Counted from the stretch's first letter, positions 8,566-19,255 are shown. The stretch is DNA of 64,000 bases from Desulfomonilia bacterium (GCA_963664325.2 CAXXDQ010000007.1:544001-608000); one strand, 5' to 3'. A program made the numbers and translations. Notes: generated by a model not told the origin, from the letters alone.

Positions 8566-10890
8566 CTATCTTTCAATAACCGAAGGTGCGCCAAGAATGC
8601 ATTTTTCCACCGAAATTCCATCAATCGCCACATCGGAATCCTCCAGTATGAACGCTGCCCTCAGGTCCGGCAGAATATATCTCACATTTACATTCTTCAA
8701 CTCAACACCTATGGCTCGCCTTATGAAAAACGCATAAGCCGGCTGCAGTCCGGGGACAATGAATACCGGATCCGGATAAACCCCGTCCGATTCATGGACA
8801 TCCGGGATTTGCCTGTAGGACTGCCATCTTGCCCCTCCGCCAAGGCAGGTGATGTCTATGTTCTCAAGAACGATATCCGGTCCGATAATGCCGCCCTCGA
8901 CAGCCGCGATGATCGATGCGCCGAACCCCAATCCGCCCGAGGCTGTGATATTGCTAATCCTAACGTTCCTGACCGAGCCGATCGTTGCCGCCTCCGGCGT
9001 CCTCAGTCTGTCGCCCACTCTTATGAATATGGGGTAGTTCGCGTTTTCTATAATTATGTTGTCCCCGGTTATTCCGTCAAGCGTCCCGCCGTCGACCGAT
9101 ATCATGGATATTCCCGCAAACGAAGGGAAACCTGTAAGGTTCTTCACATAGCAGTTCTTGATAACAACGTTTCTGAACTCTCCCACCGATTCAGTGCCGA
9201 TCTTGAGCGCATTTACAAACGAAGAGACCAGGCAGTCCTTTACCGTAAGGTTCTCCACGTTTTCTTTCCTTCCCAGGATGTATGAGCTTTTGATTGCTAT
9301 TGAATCATCGATGCTCTTTATTTCGCAACCGGTTATCGTTACATTCTTCGAACACACAGGGTCGATTCCGTCCACTCTGACCTCGCGGGTCTTATAACCT
9401 TCTACAAGGACATTTTCGCAACCGGCAAAATATAGGGCCTCGTCGGCGGCATGCGTTACCGTCAGGTCTTTAATCAGCACGTTTCTGCATTCTCTCAATC
9501 CGACAGGTTTGGCCCCACGCTGCAGAATCTTCTCAGTGAACTGGTATGCAACAGTGCTGATGATCCAGCACCAGGGCGGCGGCGGTGTCGTGTCGAGCAA
9601 GGGCAGGCTCTCGAATGCATCGTTGCCGTCTATTGCGCCAGGGCCGATTATCGCTATGTTCTCAAGATTTTCGCCCCAGAATATGCTGTGATGGACATGG
9701 CTTTGCGATATGTCCTGATATGCATCCCATGGGTTAGGTTCACGCGGGTCATACTTGTCCATATCCCTGGTTCCCTTGACTACAGCTCCCTTGAGCAGCC
9801 TTATCGTTACTCCGCTTTTAAGATGAACGGAAGCGCACATGTAGGTCCCGGCAGGAAATATGACTTCGCCGCCTGCCTCGGCGCAGGCGTCAACAGCCGA
9901 CTGGATTGCTACCGTGTCGAGTGTCACCCCGTCTGCCTTTGCCCCGTAGTCAATTACATTGAAAGCCTTCCCTTCTGCTGAAACTTCATGCTGCACCGTA
10001 TCAGACGGCATTAAGGAATAACTGCATTTAGGCCCTGCCAGCGAACTTCCGGATAATATCTTTGCGCCCCTGCTGTCCAACGCCTCCCAGGTTTCCTTAT
10101 ATTCTTCCTGAGCAAATTTCCACACACCGGAACTGTTTTCGATAATTTTGAAGCCTGAACGGATAATATTCACCATGCACTGCTTTTCCGAATCTTCCGG
10201 CCAGAATTCCTCTTTGGTCGCTATCCACTCTTTCCCGTTCGCATTGAAATACCGGACTATGCCAGAGCCTCTGATTTCCAGCCTGTATTCAATCTTTATC
10301 TTTCCGGTCTCAACCTCCGAAGCCTCGCCCGTCAGTGATGCCCTGGCCTCGGCTTCCAGCTCAGGCATTCCGGCGAGTTTTCCTCTTGGAGAAAACAGCG
10401 CAGTAACATCCGATTTCATAATATTTACCTGAGCGCTGCTTTGAATCTTACCGGTTGACCCTTGATACCACATTAGGGGTTCCGTAAATTTGATACTGAC
10501 GATTTCCCGCCCCCCCGGTTTGTCAAAGTACTGCCATCCAAGCTCTGAACAGGCGTCAATTTTTTCTACAATGTATTCGCTCATGCCGGTTTCAAGCCTG
10601 CCGCCAAACGCCTCAATGAAACTATCGTTAAAATCAAAGCCATCTTTTATCTTAAGAAGACTTGAATCATAGCGCCTGGCAGCGACTCCGGCCGCCCAGG
10701 GCGCTTCTGTTTCCCCTGCATTGGTTTTTTTAACCTCGAATGTCAAATCATCTGCATTCAGGATATAGGCCTCGGTGTGAACAGCTTCGGATCTGGCAGC
10801 ATTCGTCGTTTCATTGATTTTTCTGCATGCAGGTAGCAGCAGAGACAGGCAAAGGATGATGACCAATGATGTTCCAATGCGCATTTTCAT
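8566..10890 (-). CDS. lipoprotein with unknown N-terminal region and C-terminal GH28/pectate-lyase-like beta-helix
   Basis: Lipobox LLPAC; FNVIDYGAKADG..DTVAIQSAVD..FPAGTY; DGID..DDSIAIKS; LKIGTES. Confidence 0.8.
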   Translation of the reverse strand: MKMRIGTSLVIILCLSLLLPACRKINETTNAARSEAVHTEAYILNADDLTFEVKKTNAGETEAPWAAGVAARRYDSSLLKIKDGFDFNDSFIEAFGGRLETGMSEYIVEKIDACSELGWQYFDKPGGREIVSIKFTEPLMWYQGSTGKIQSSAQVNIMKSDVTALFSPRGKLAGMPELEAEARASLTGEASEVETGKIKIEYRLEIRGSGIVRYFNANGKEWIATKEEFWPEDSEKQCMVNIIRSGFKIIENSSGVWKFAQEEYKETWEALDSRGAKILSGSSLAGPKCSYSLMPSDTVQHEVSAEGKAFNVIDYGAKADGVTLDTVAIQSAVDACAEAGGEVIFPAGTYMCASVHLKSGVTIRLLKGAVVKGTRDMDKYDPREPNPWDAYQDISQSHVHHSIFWGENLENIAIIGPGAIDGNDAFESLPLLDTTPPPPWCWIISTVAYQFTEKILQRGAKPVGLRECRNVLIKDLTVTHAADEALYFAGCENVLVEGYKTREVRVDGIDPVCSKNVTITGCEIKSIDDSIAIKSSYILGRKENVENLTVKDCLVSSFVNALKIGTESVGEFRNVVIKNCYVKNLTGFPSFAGISMISVDGGTLDGITGDNIIIENANYPIFIRVGDRLRTPEAATIGSVRNVRISNITASGGLGFGASIIAAVEGGIIGPDIVLENIDITCLGGGARWQSYRQIPDVHESDGVYPDPVFIVPGLQPAYAFFIRRAIGVELKNVNVRYILPDLRAAFILEDSDVAIDGISVEKCILGAPSVIER

Positions 10891-10978
10891 TTCTATCCCC
10901 CTCATATGAAACATTATAAGAAAGCCTGATTAAATAGTAACGTCAGCCGTACCGGGAGTCAATGACGATGACATCCTG

Positions 10979-11947
10979 CTATATCTTGAACACCCTGTCC
11001 TCGGTGATTATCGCAGTGATTAGCCGGTGGGGCGTTACATCGAAAGCCGGGTTGTAAGCAGGAACATCGGCAGAGACCTGAACCCCGCCGTATTGCCTTA
11101 CTTCAGACTCGTCCCTTTCTTCTATAGGAATCATCTCTCCCGAAGGGCAGTCCGGGTCGAATGTAGACATCGGTGCCGCAATATAAAAAGGTATATTGTG
11201 AGAACGGGCAAGAACCGCAACGCTATAGGTCCCGATCTTGTTTGCCGCATCAAGGTTTTTGGCTATCCTGTCCGCTCCTGTTATGACGGCATCAATTGTT
11301 TTCTGTTTCATGAGCCAGCCGGCCATGTTGTCTGTTATAAGCGTGACAGGGATATTATCGGCCTTGAGTTCATAAGCGGTGAGCCTTCCACCCTGCAGAA
11401 GAGGCCTTGTCTCATCGGCATAAACCATCTTCAGCTGGTTTCTTTCATTGAGCTCTCTTATAACCCCAAGCGCTGTCCCGATTCCGCCTGTTGCAAGAGA
11501 TCCAGCATTGCAGTGCGTAAGAATGGAAAGATCCTTTTTCCCGGCAAACAGATCGGCGCCATGCTTTGCCATCTCCCTGTTAGCCCTTGCCTCCTCAACC
11601 CAGATGGCTTCGGCCTCTTTTTTCGCCGTCTTGAAGGCCCCGGCCGATTTGTCCTTGCCGATTACATTAATTACCCTTTTTACCGCCCAAGAAAGATTAA
11701 CCGCCGTGGGTCGGGATGATATTAAAATATCGGCCGCTTTTCCAAGATCATTGCCTGCCTGCGCGGCAAGAACCAGACCGTATGCAGCAGCGATGCCTAT
11801 TGCAGGAGCGCCTCTCACCGTGAGCGTCCTTATTGCCCCGGCCACGTCATCAACACTCGTGCATTTTATCCAGACCTCCTCCTGCGGAAGTTTTCTCTGG
11901 TCGAGAATAAAAAAAGAGGTCCCGTCAAAATAAAAAGGCCTGATCAT
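10979..11947 (-). CDS. mtnA: S-methyl-5-thioribose-1-phosphate isomerase
   Basis: VRGAPAIG, RPTAVNL, LTHCNAGSLAT, ETRP, NKIGTY and NPAFDVTP motifs. Confidence 0.95.
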   Translation of the reverse strand: MIRPFYFDGTSFFILDQRKLPQEEVWIKCTSVDDVAGAIRTLTVRGAPAIGIAAAYGLVLAAQAGNDLGKAADILISSRPTAVNLSWAVKRVINVIGKDKSAGAFKTAKKEAEAIWVEEARANREMAKHGADLFAGKKDLSILTHCNAGSLATGGIGTALGVIRELNERNQLKMVYADETRPLLQGGRLTAYELKADNIPVTLITDNMAGWLMKQKTIDAVITGADRIAKNLDAANKIGTYSVAVLARSHNIPFYIAAPMSTFDPDCPSGEMIPIEERDESEVRQYGGVQVSADVPAYNPAFDVTPHRLITAIITEDRVFKI

Positions 11948-12165
11948 TTTCTTGTCTGTTCCTTCAGCATTTTATCCGCATGTACAGGTTCACGGTTCTT
12001 ATCATTGTATTAATCCAAGCCTTGCATAAACAACCAGGCTCCACAATCACAAAATCTATAATACAAACGTTTTCATGTTACAAACAAGATGATAAAAAAT
12101 AAAATTTCCGATTTACCGCATTTAATATTTATTAATTAAAAAACCGATTTCTTTGTCTTATTCCC

Positions 12166-12193
12166 TTGATTCCAAATCAAACACTATTATAAT
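12166..12193 (+). promoter_or_regulatory. sigma70-type promoter of fadD overlapping the palindrome TTGATT-CCA-AATCAA
   Basis: TTGATT (12166-12171), 16-nt spacer, TATAAT (12188-12193); RBS GGAGG precedes ATG 12239. Confidence 0.55.
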
Positions 12194-12238
12194 TATTTTG
12201 CTCTTTAATAAGACAAAAAAATTTGATGGGAGGTTGTA

Positions 12239-14059
12239 ATGGCAAATTACCAGGAAACTTCAATGGCGGCAATTTTCCAGAATCGTTTGGAGAAATGGGG
12301 CGATAATGTCATATGCGCCTATAAGAACGACAAGGGAGTATACGAGGATATTACCTGGAAGCAGATGAATGAAATGGTGCTTGATCTTGCGGGTTATCTT
12401 CTTACAAAAGGGATAAACATACAGGACAAGGTGGCATTGTTTTCTCCCAACCTGTATCAATGGTGGGTATCGGACCTCGCGATTCTTTCCACAGGTGCAG
12501 TCAATGTGCCTATTTATGCAACAAACTCTGCCGAAGAAGCACGTTACGTCATTGACAATTCAGATTCAAAATTAGCCATATGCGGAACAAAAGCGCATTT
12601 GAAAAAAGTCCTCGAGGTAAAACCGAAGCTTCCGAATCTGACGGACATCATATGCATAGAGGACTTGGATAAACCCATTGATGGAGTAGTAACATACAAG
12701 GAAGCACTAAAAATCGGCGCTGCCGCAAAGAACAGGGAAGACATCTATAAAAGGATCAAGTCAATAAAATCCGAGGATATAGCCACTCTAATATACACCT
12801 CCGGCACTACCGGAAACCCTAAAGGCGTCATGCTTACCCATAACAATTTCGTAAGCAACAGCAACCAGTGCTATGATGTTGCACCTCATCTGTTCGAGCA
12901 TGATCATACACTTTTGTCTTTCCTCCCTCTGTCGCATTCTCTCGAACGTACAGTTGGTTATTACCTGCCCTTATATACAGGCAAAAAAGTTGTTTTTGCC
13001 GGCGATGTCTCGAAGATACTGGAATTCTTCCAGGAAGTAAGGCCGACATTCATTGTAAGCGTTCCCAGGATTTATGAAAAGGTGCATGCAGGCATAGTAT
13101 CAAAGATGAGCGCCGAAAAACCCATCAAGCAAAAGCTGTTCGCCTGGGCCATGGATGTGGCAAAGAGGAACCTCCCGTATATTTGCAATGAGCAGCCCAG
13201 GACAGGCTTCTTTGCTATCGAATATGCAATCGCCAATAAAATAATATTCTCCAAACTCAAGGAAAAACTTGGCCTTGACAAACTGCAGTTCGCACTTTCA
13301 GGCGGCGGACCTCTCTCGGTTTCCGATGCCGAATTCTTCCTCGGGATGGGTATAAAGGTCCTCGAGGGTTTCGGCCTTACAGAAACAACACCGGTAACAA
13401 ACGCCAACAGGCCAGATAAGATAAAGCCGGGAACAGTAGGAGCCCCGCTCAGGGATACGATTGTGAAGATATCTGAAGAGGGTGAAGTCCTTATCAAGGG
13501 CCCGCAGGTCATGAAAGGATATTATAAGAATGAAGAAGCGACAAAAGAGGCCTTTACCGATGACGGGTTCTTCCGCACCGGTGATATAGGAGTGGTCGAC
13601 AGCGATAATTATCTGAAAATTACCGGCCGTATAAAAGACCTTATCATAACATCCGGCGGTAAGAACATATCGCCGCAGAATATCGAAAACAGCCTTAAGG
13701 CTTCCCGCTATATCGAGCAGGTTGCAGTTATAGGCGATAACAGAAAATACCTCTCGGCGCTTGTTGTCCCGGCATTTACAGAACTTGAAAACTGGGCAAG
13801 GACAAATAATATCGCATTCACAAGCAGGAAAGACCTTATCGACAATCCAGAAGTCAACAAGCTTATGCTCTCGGAGATCGAAGCCAACATGAAGGATTAC
13901 GCCAGGGTCGAACAGATCAGAAAAATCAAACTCCTCGAAAATGAATGGTCCCAGCAGACCGAGGAGCTGACTCCCACGCTCAAGCTCAAGAGAAAGGTCA
14001 TCAACCAGAAATTCGCTGCTGAAATTGAAAGCCTGTATCCGCCGGACGCAGGGGCATAA
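12239..14059 (+). CDS. fadD: long-chain fatty acid--CoA ligase
   Basis: YTSGTTGNPKGVML, GFGLTET and FRTGDIG..GRIKDLI..GKNISP motifs. Confidence 0.92.
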   Translation: MANYQETSMAAIFQNRLEKWGDNVICAYKNDKGVYEDITWKQMNEMVLDLAGYLLTKGINIQDKVALFSPNLYQWWVSDLAILSTGAVNVPIYATNSAEEARYVIDNSDSKLAICGTKAHLKKVLEVKPKLPNLTDIICIEDLDKPIDGVVTYKEALKIGAAAKNREDIYKRIKSIKSEDIATLIYTSGTTGNPKGVMLTHNNFVSNSNQCYDVAPHLFEHDHTLLSFLPLSHSLERTVGYYLPLYTGKKVVFAGDVSKILEFFQEVRPTFIVSVPRIYEKVHAGIVSKMSAEKPIKQKLFAWAMDVAKRNLPYICNEQPRTGFFAIEYAIANKIIFSKLKEKLGLDKLQFALSGGGPLSVSDAEFFLGMGIKVLEGFGLTETTPVTNANRPDKIKPGTVGAPLRDTIVKISEEGEVLIKGPQVMKGYYKNEEATKEAFTDDGFFRTGDIGVVDSDNYLKITGRIKDLIITSGGKNISPQNIENSLKASRYIEQVAVIGDNRKYLSALVVPAFTELENWARTNNIAFTSRKDLIDNPEVNKLMLSEIEANMKDYARVEQIRKIKLLENEWSQQTEELTPTLKLKRKVINQKFAAEIESLYPPDAGA

Positions 14060-14075
14060 CCGATAGCGTCTACTG

Positions 14076-14119
14076 TAAGGGGGGAGCGGATATTTAAGTC
14101 TGTTCCCTCCTTAAATTTT
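14076..14119 (+). terminator. rho-independent terminator after fadD
   Basis: TAAGGGGGGAGCGGA-N8-TCTGTTCCCTCCTTA followed by AATTTT. Confidence 0.6.
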
Positions 14120-14205
14120 CAAACCTTCAGAATCACACTTGAAAAATATTTTATATGGAGATAAATAATCACTCATCAATTAAACCTTCGGAGGAGGAAA
14201 CAATA

Positions 14206-14895
14206 ATGAAAAGACTTATTACACTGGCACTCGTGTTTTTGTTTACAATTCCTTTTACTCTTTCAGCTGAAAGCATAGCAAAACTGAAAGCAGACGCAGA
14301 CGCGGCAACAAAGGCTGCCCTTGCAGCTCCTTCTGATTATGCTGCAAACTGGAAAGCGGCAAAAGCATGGAGAGATTACGGTGATGAATGCGTTAAAACT
14401 GAGGCTGCCGGCTGGAAGGAAATAGCAAAGAAGGCGGGCAAAGAAGGAATGAAGTTCGGTGAAATCGCTCAGAAGAACAACCCGAAAGGAATTGAAGGCT
14501 GGTACTATTACGGCCTGTGTGTCGGCACATATTCAGACGGAGTAAGCATAATCACAGCACTCAAGGAAGGCCTTAAAGGAAAAACACAGACAGCCTTTGA
14601 AAAATCATACGCATTGAACAAGGCATTCGACGACTGCGGTCCCATACTTTCTCTTGGCCGGTTCTGGCAGGTTCTTCCCTGGCCGATGAACGACAAGAAA
14701 AAGGCCCTTGAACTTTTCAATGAATATGTTGCCAAAATGGGCGCCAGCAAAGATTGCAGTAACGACGTATGGTACTTCCGCGGCTCACTTTACAAGGAAA
14801 TGGGCAAAAAAGCCGAAGCAAAGGCGGATCTTGAGAAGGCCGCCGCAGGAGAGGGCAACAAGGACGCAAAGAAGCTTCTTGCAGAGATGAAGTAA
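14206..14895 (+). CDS. secreted TPR-like helical protein
   Basis: RBS GGAGGAGG, signal peptide, Ala/Lys-rich helical repeats, C-terminal TPR-like WYFRGSLYKEMGKKAEAKADLEKA. Confidence 0.7.
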   Translation: MKRLITLALVFLFTIPFTLSAESIAKLKADADAATKAALAAPSDYAANWKAAKAWRDYGDECVKTEAAGWKEIAKKAGKEGMKFGEIAQKNNPKGIEGWYYYGLCVGTYSDGVSIITALKEGLKGKTQTAFEKSYALNKAFDDCGPILSLGRFWQVLPWPMNDKKKALELFNEYVAKMGASKDCSNDVWYFRGSLYKEMGKKAEAKADLEKAAAGEGNKDAKKLLAEMK

Positions 14896-14916
14896 AATCC
14901 GATTCGTCAGAGACTC

Positions 14917-14952
14917 AACAAAAGGCGCCTTATCGGGCGTCTTTTGTTTTTT
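14917..14952. terminator. bidirectional rho-independent terminator
   Basis: AACAAAAGGCGCCT-TATC-GGGCGTCTTTTGTT between convergent genes. Confidence 0.75.
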
Positions 14953-14990
14953 AAATCCTGCTTGAATATGAATTTGGGTTGAGGGGGACA

Positions 14991-16814
14991 TTATTCAGCC
15001 GGAGTTAAGGTCATGCGGCACCTGCTGCAATCGAAGCCCAGGACATAAGCCCTGCCTGAATTCTCAATTACAAGCGGTTCGGAAAAGGTCGTGTGATTTT
15101 TCAGTTTCGGACATGCATTCAATTCCTTTCTCAGGCAAAGTCTGGCATTCACAACCACAGGGGCTGACAAGGGCCTTGATATCTCAAATGCTGGTTCAAT
15201 ACCGGTTACGCCATGAGCAATATAAAACCTTTTTGAGGCCTTATTGCTGACATTATATGTATAGTCCAGGTTGCTTCCAGGATACACGGCATCGGGATGT
15301 TTGGCTGGCCCTCTGAGCGGCCGCTTATATTCTTCAATTCTCAGCTTTTCCATCATATAAGCAAGCTCTCGGCGCATGGCATTCAGCTGTGCCGAAGTGA
15401 GAAAATATCCCTCTGATTTTATCTTTATTGATCCGGGGTTGAAAATACTCCCGCCGAGTTTCAAGAGCTGTTTTCTAATAAATTCAGCCACTGCTTCCGG
15501 TTTTCTGGCCGGCTGTTTTTCAATGTTCAACTTGACTGTGCAGCTTATACCGTCTTCATCTGTGCCGGACAGTTCAAAGCCGTCAGAGGTTTCCCTGAAA
15601 ACAAGGTCCAAAGCAATATTCCTGCTTGATGTGTCCGTCTCAAGCTGCCTTGAAAATATGCGGTCGTGATTGCGGTAAATCAATGTCCCTTTATTCAATC
15701 CTTCAGGCATGACGTGGACCTGTACCCGGCCTTCACTGACTTTGATCACCTGAAGTCCTTTAAGTTCCATGCCGGTGTCGAAAAAACATAGCCCGTCACC
15801 GTTGTTGATAGCGGTGGAAACCTTGTTGTCGGAGAATTTGAACCAGTTGAAACCTGATTCCCGAACCGTGCCTAGTGGTTCTCCCGTAGATTTGGAAGTG
15901 CCAAGTGAACTGATGTCTTCATTATTAAAATAGGGAGTTGACCCTCTATGAAATGTCTTTCTTGCATCAGGTTCAAAGAAAAAAGCTGTTGCTCCGCTTG
16001 ATGCACGGACAAGGTTTTTCCGGCCGTCTATTATACTGTCAAGCTTTTTCCGGTACAGAGCAGTGATATTCTTTACATACGCGGCATCCTTGAGCCTGCC
16101 CTCAATCTTGAACGATGTAACACCAGCATCAATCATTTCCTCAAGACAGGCGGAGCGGTCCATGTCCTTGAGACTCAGCAGATAACCATAGTCCCTGATC
16201 ATATTGCCATCCGCATCCTTCAACCTCCAGGCAAGACGGCACGGCTGGGCGCACATTCCGCGATTGGCGCTCCTGTTTCCTATCGAGGCGCTCAGGTAAC
16301 ATCTTCCGCTTAAGCCCACGCACAGCGATCCATGAACGAATGCCTCGAGTTCAATTGCGGTCTTCTCGGAGATTTTTCCAATCTGCCCGACACTGAGCTC
16401 ACGGGCAAGGATTACCCGCATGAAGCCAACATTTTCAAGAAACCTGATATGTTCTATATCGCTGTTGTTCATCTGCGTGCTTGCAATTAGAGGTATCGGT
16501 GGCAGGTTCATTTCGAGGTATGCCATATCCTGTATGATCAGTGCATCAATGCCAGCTCCCCATGCATCACGGGCAAGCCTTTCCGCATCTTCAAGTTCGT
16601 CGTCAAAAAGAATCGTGTTAAGTGTAAGATAAACCCTTGCCCAGTATCTGTGAGCATGGCGTGCGAGTTTTTCTATTTCCTGGAGACTGTTTGATGCCGC
16701 TGAGCGAGCCCCGTATGAAGGTCCCCCGATATAGACCGCATCGGCGCCATGATCAATTGCGGCCTTTCCCGTCTCAAAGTCTCTGGCTGGAGAAAGTAGC
16801 TCAATTTTCTTCAT
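14991..16814 (-). CDS. U32 family protein (RlhA-like 23S rRNA hydroxylase)
   Basis: ELLSPA, GADAVYIG, EAFVHGSLC..SGRC..NRGMCAQPCR and KIEGR motifs; long C-terminal extension. Confidence 0.88.
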   Translation of the reverse strand: MKKIELLSPARDFETGKAAIDHGADAVYIGGPSYGARSAASNSLQEIEKLARHAHRYWARVYLTLNTILFDDELEDAERLARDAWGAGIDALIIQDMAYLEMNLPPIPLIASTQMNNSDIEHIRFLENVGFMRVILARELSVGQIGKISEKTAIELEAFVHGSLCVGLSGRCYLSASIGNRSANRGMCAQPCRLAWRLKDADGNMIRDYGYLLSLKDMDRSACLEEMIDAGVTSFKIEGRLKDAAYVKNITALYRKKLDSIIDGRKNLVRASSGATAFFFEPDARKTFHRGSTPYFNNEDISSLGTSKSTGEPLGTVRESGFNWFKFSDNKVSTAINNGDGLCFFDTGMELKGLQVIKVSEGRVQVHVMPEGLNKGTLIYRNHDRIFSRQLETDTSSRNIALDLVFRETSDGFELSGTDEDGISCTVKLNIEKQPARKPEAVAEFIRKQLLKLGGSIFNPGSIKIKSEGYFLTSAQLNAMRRELAYMMEKLRIEEYKRPLRGPAKHPDAVYPGSNLDYTYNVSNKASKRFYIAHGVTGIEPAFEISRPLSAPVVVNARLCLRKELNACPKLKNHTTFSEPLVIENSGRAYVLGFDCSRCRMTLTPAE

Positions 16815-16815
16815 T

Positions 16816-17760
16816 TCACTGTTTCTTTGATTCACTGGCTGCCTTTGCAATTACGAATTTCTTGAAATTCAAGCCGTTATCTATGACTTCTTTTATCTCC
16901 GACCTGCGTATCCAGCGGCTGTAGGTCCATGTCCAGCGTTCCGGTTTTTTCCTAATAACCGATTCTGTCCAGCCATGCATGTAATCGCTGATGGACTGAA
17001 TTACATCTCCCGAGAATATACGCGTATCGACTGCCGGGCATATCGTGATTGCATATGAAAACCCCTGTCTCATTGAATAAACAGGAACAATAAGGGCGTC
17101 GCCTTTGTTTGCGATAAAGGCGGGCGCAGGATTGGTCAGAGCAGGCATGCCGAAAAAATCACAGAATAGGGTTGTCCCCTTCTCACCGCGTTTGTCTATT
17201 ATCACCCCGATTGTCCTGCCTTTTTTAAGTTCCCTCACGAGCATGAGCAGCTTTCCGGTCGGCGGCAGGATTATGGCCCCGGTCCTTCTGCGGAGATCAT
17301 TGATAAGCTTTTCAATTTCAGAATTGTCCCTGAGATCGGCCATTACACAAAACTCAACCCCCAGCATGCGTGCAATATGGGCCTGGATTTCCCAGTTGCC
17401 TGCATGGGAGCTTATCATCATCACACCCCGGCCTGAAACCTGGGCAGCCTTGAGGTTTTCTGCCCCCGAAATCTTTATTCTTTTCTCTATCTCTTTATCA
17501 TCCATGTAAGCGTATCTTATGGCATCCACAAACACATCCGCATGGTTGAGAAACACCTTCTTTATCATACCGGAATTGAAATCTTCGCCCAGTGCCGCCT
17601 TCATCTGTATTTCTGCAATTTTGCGCTCACGGACCGCAAATGCATAGGTTATGGCGGCCAGACCCCTTCCGATGCCTATAGCAGCAGGATATGGAATAAT
17701 CCGGAAAAACCAGATGACGGATTTAATTGCAGCAACAATAATTTTATTCAGCACTTTCAT
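16816..17760 (-). CDS. lipid A late acyltransferase (LpxL/HtrB family)
   Basis: HAGNWE, FFG and W.W.Y.RW motifs; located at the end of the lipid A operon. Confidence 0.85.
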   Translation of the reverse strand: MKVLNKIIVAAIKSVIWFFRIIPYPAAIGIGRGLAAITYAFAVRERKIAEIQMKAALGEDFNSGMIKKVFLNHADVFVDAIRYAYMDDKEIEKRIKISGAENLKAAQVSGRGVMMISSHAGNWEIQAHIARMLGVEFCVMADLRDNSEIEKLINDLRRRTGAIILPPTGKLLMLVRELKKGRTIGVIIDKRGEKGTTLFCDFFGMPALTNPAPAFIANKGDALIVPVYSMRQGFSYAITICPAVDTRIFSGDVIQSISDYMHGWTESVIRKKPERWTWTYSRWIRRSEIKEVIDNGLNFKKFVIAKAASESKKQ

Positions 17761-17817
17761 TCATGATTCCATTTGAAAATTCCTCTAACCTGATGTCAGG
17801 GCTTGGGTAAGCCGGGA

Positions 17818-18366
17818 TCAAATCCCCTTCATATCCTCAGTTATCCATTTTACTGCATCAATGATGTCTTTAGCCTTATAGTCAGATTTCACCCTGCCTG
17901 TGCGTTTTCCCACCAGAACGCCCTTACCCCCCACACGGTGAATGGCTTCCATATCACTTTTTTTATCGCCGATGAAGTAACACCTTTCTAATTCAAGAGA
18001 GAAGTCGGCCGCCGCCTTTTCAAGAAGCCCTGTCTCCGGCTTGCGGCAATTGCATTTCACGGCATAAATTTTTACAGTGCCGCCGGGATAATGCGGGCAT
18101 GAGTATATCGCATCGATCCTGGCGGAATCTTCTGCAAGAACGCTTATCAGCCTTTCATGAACGGCCTGAAGAGCCTTCTCGTCAAACAAACCCCGTGCGA
18201 TCCCTGACTGGTTTGTTATTATGATTGCAGGAATGCCCTTTTCGTTGAGCATACGAATCGCCTCTGAGGCGCCAGGAAGGAGTTCAACCCTTTCAGCATC
18301 GCTCAAATACGGTATGTCCTTTATGATGGTGTCATCTCTGTCGAGAAATACGCCTGTCCCTAGCAA
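17818..18366 (-). CDS. gmhB: D-glycero-D-manno-heptose 1,7-bisphosphate phosphatase
   Basis: FLDRDDT, TNQSG, CPH..CNCRKP and IGDK motifs. Confidence 0.9.
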   Translation of the reverse strand: MLGTGVFLDRDDTIIKDIPYLSDAERVELLPGASEAIRMLNEKGIPAIIITNQSGIARGLFDEKALQAVHERLISVLAEDSARIDAIYSCPHYPGGTVKIYAVKCNCRKPETGLLEKAAADFSLELERCYFIGDKKSDMEAIHRVGGKGVLVGKRTGRVKSDYKAKDIIDAVKWITEDMKGI

Positions 18367-19255
18367 GCCTTTCTATCTCCCCGATAATCGGTTTTATCGT
18401 ATCCGCCTTCATGCTTACCCTTAATGCATGAAATTTCTCATCCAGCCACTCAGGCCTCAGCCTTACATGGTCCTTTTCGGTAGTTATTATCATGTCCGAG
18501 TCACTGGCTGCCTTCCTTATCTTCCGTATATCAAAAACATTATACTTATGGTGGTCCATGAACACCATTTTCTTTATTTCGGAACAGACGGGTCTGAGGG
18601 TATCAAAAAACCTTTCGGGATTGGCGATACCGCAAAAAGCAAACAATCTTTTCACATTCCTTATTTCAGATAAATTTCCCTTGTTATCAATGATCCCGTC
18701 AATGACAATACCGGTTTCTTTTCCCGTGTTAATAATAAAATCAGCACGTTTGAGGGCAGAAACCGGCTCCCTGAGTTTGCCCATTGGCAGCAGTTTTTCT
18801 TTGTCAAGCGGCCCTGATATCAGGCAGATGTTCAAATCCCTGGATATGCGCCTGTGCTGAAATCCATCATCCAATATGATTATTTGGGCGCCAAATTTTC
18901 TATATGCGAACAGGGCACCCTTGCACCTGTCGGGTGATTTGACGACAGGCAAGCCGGTAATCTTCGCCATGAGCAGCGGTTCGTCACCTACATCTCTGTA
19001 GTCATGGATACCCGATACCGCAACAGGCCCTTTGAGCCTGCCTCGATAGCCCCTTGTCACTATGGCAACATCGTGTCCGAGTTCCTTAAGAGCGCTTGCA
19101 AGCATCATCGCAAAAGGTGTCTTGCCGGTGCCGCCGGCCTCTATATTACCGATGCTTACAACAAGCGGAGGCACCAGGTATGATTTCAATATGCCTTTAT
19201 CGAAGAGAAAATTCCTGAAAGAAACTGCCGTAGCATAAAGCGTCTCAATCATCAT
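18332..19255 (-). CDS. lpxK: tetraacyldisaccharide 4'-kinase
   Basis: GNIEAGGTGKTP, RGY, GDEP, DDGFQH and TTEKD motifs. Confidence 0.95.
   Translation of the reverse strand: MMIETLYATAVSFRNFLFDKGILKSYLVPPLVVSIGNIEAGGTGKTPFAMMLASALKELGHDVAIVTRGYRGRLKGPVAVSGIHDYRDVGDEPLLMAKITGLPVVKSPDRCKGALFAYRKFGAQIIILDDGFQHRRISRDLNICLISGPLDKEKLLPMGKLREPVSALKRADFIINTGKETGIVIDGIIDNKGNLSEIRNVKRLFAFCGIANPERFFDTLRPVCSEIKKMVFMDHHKYNVFDIRKIRKAASDSDMIITTEKDHVRLRPEWLDEKFHALRVSMKADTIKPIIGEIERLARDRRISRQR

Noticed and set aside
8503-9981. Plus-strand ORFs of 260 aa and 176 aa
   Set aside because: Antisense to the GH28-like gene and without motifs.
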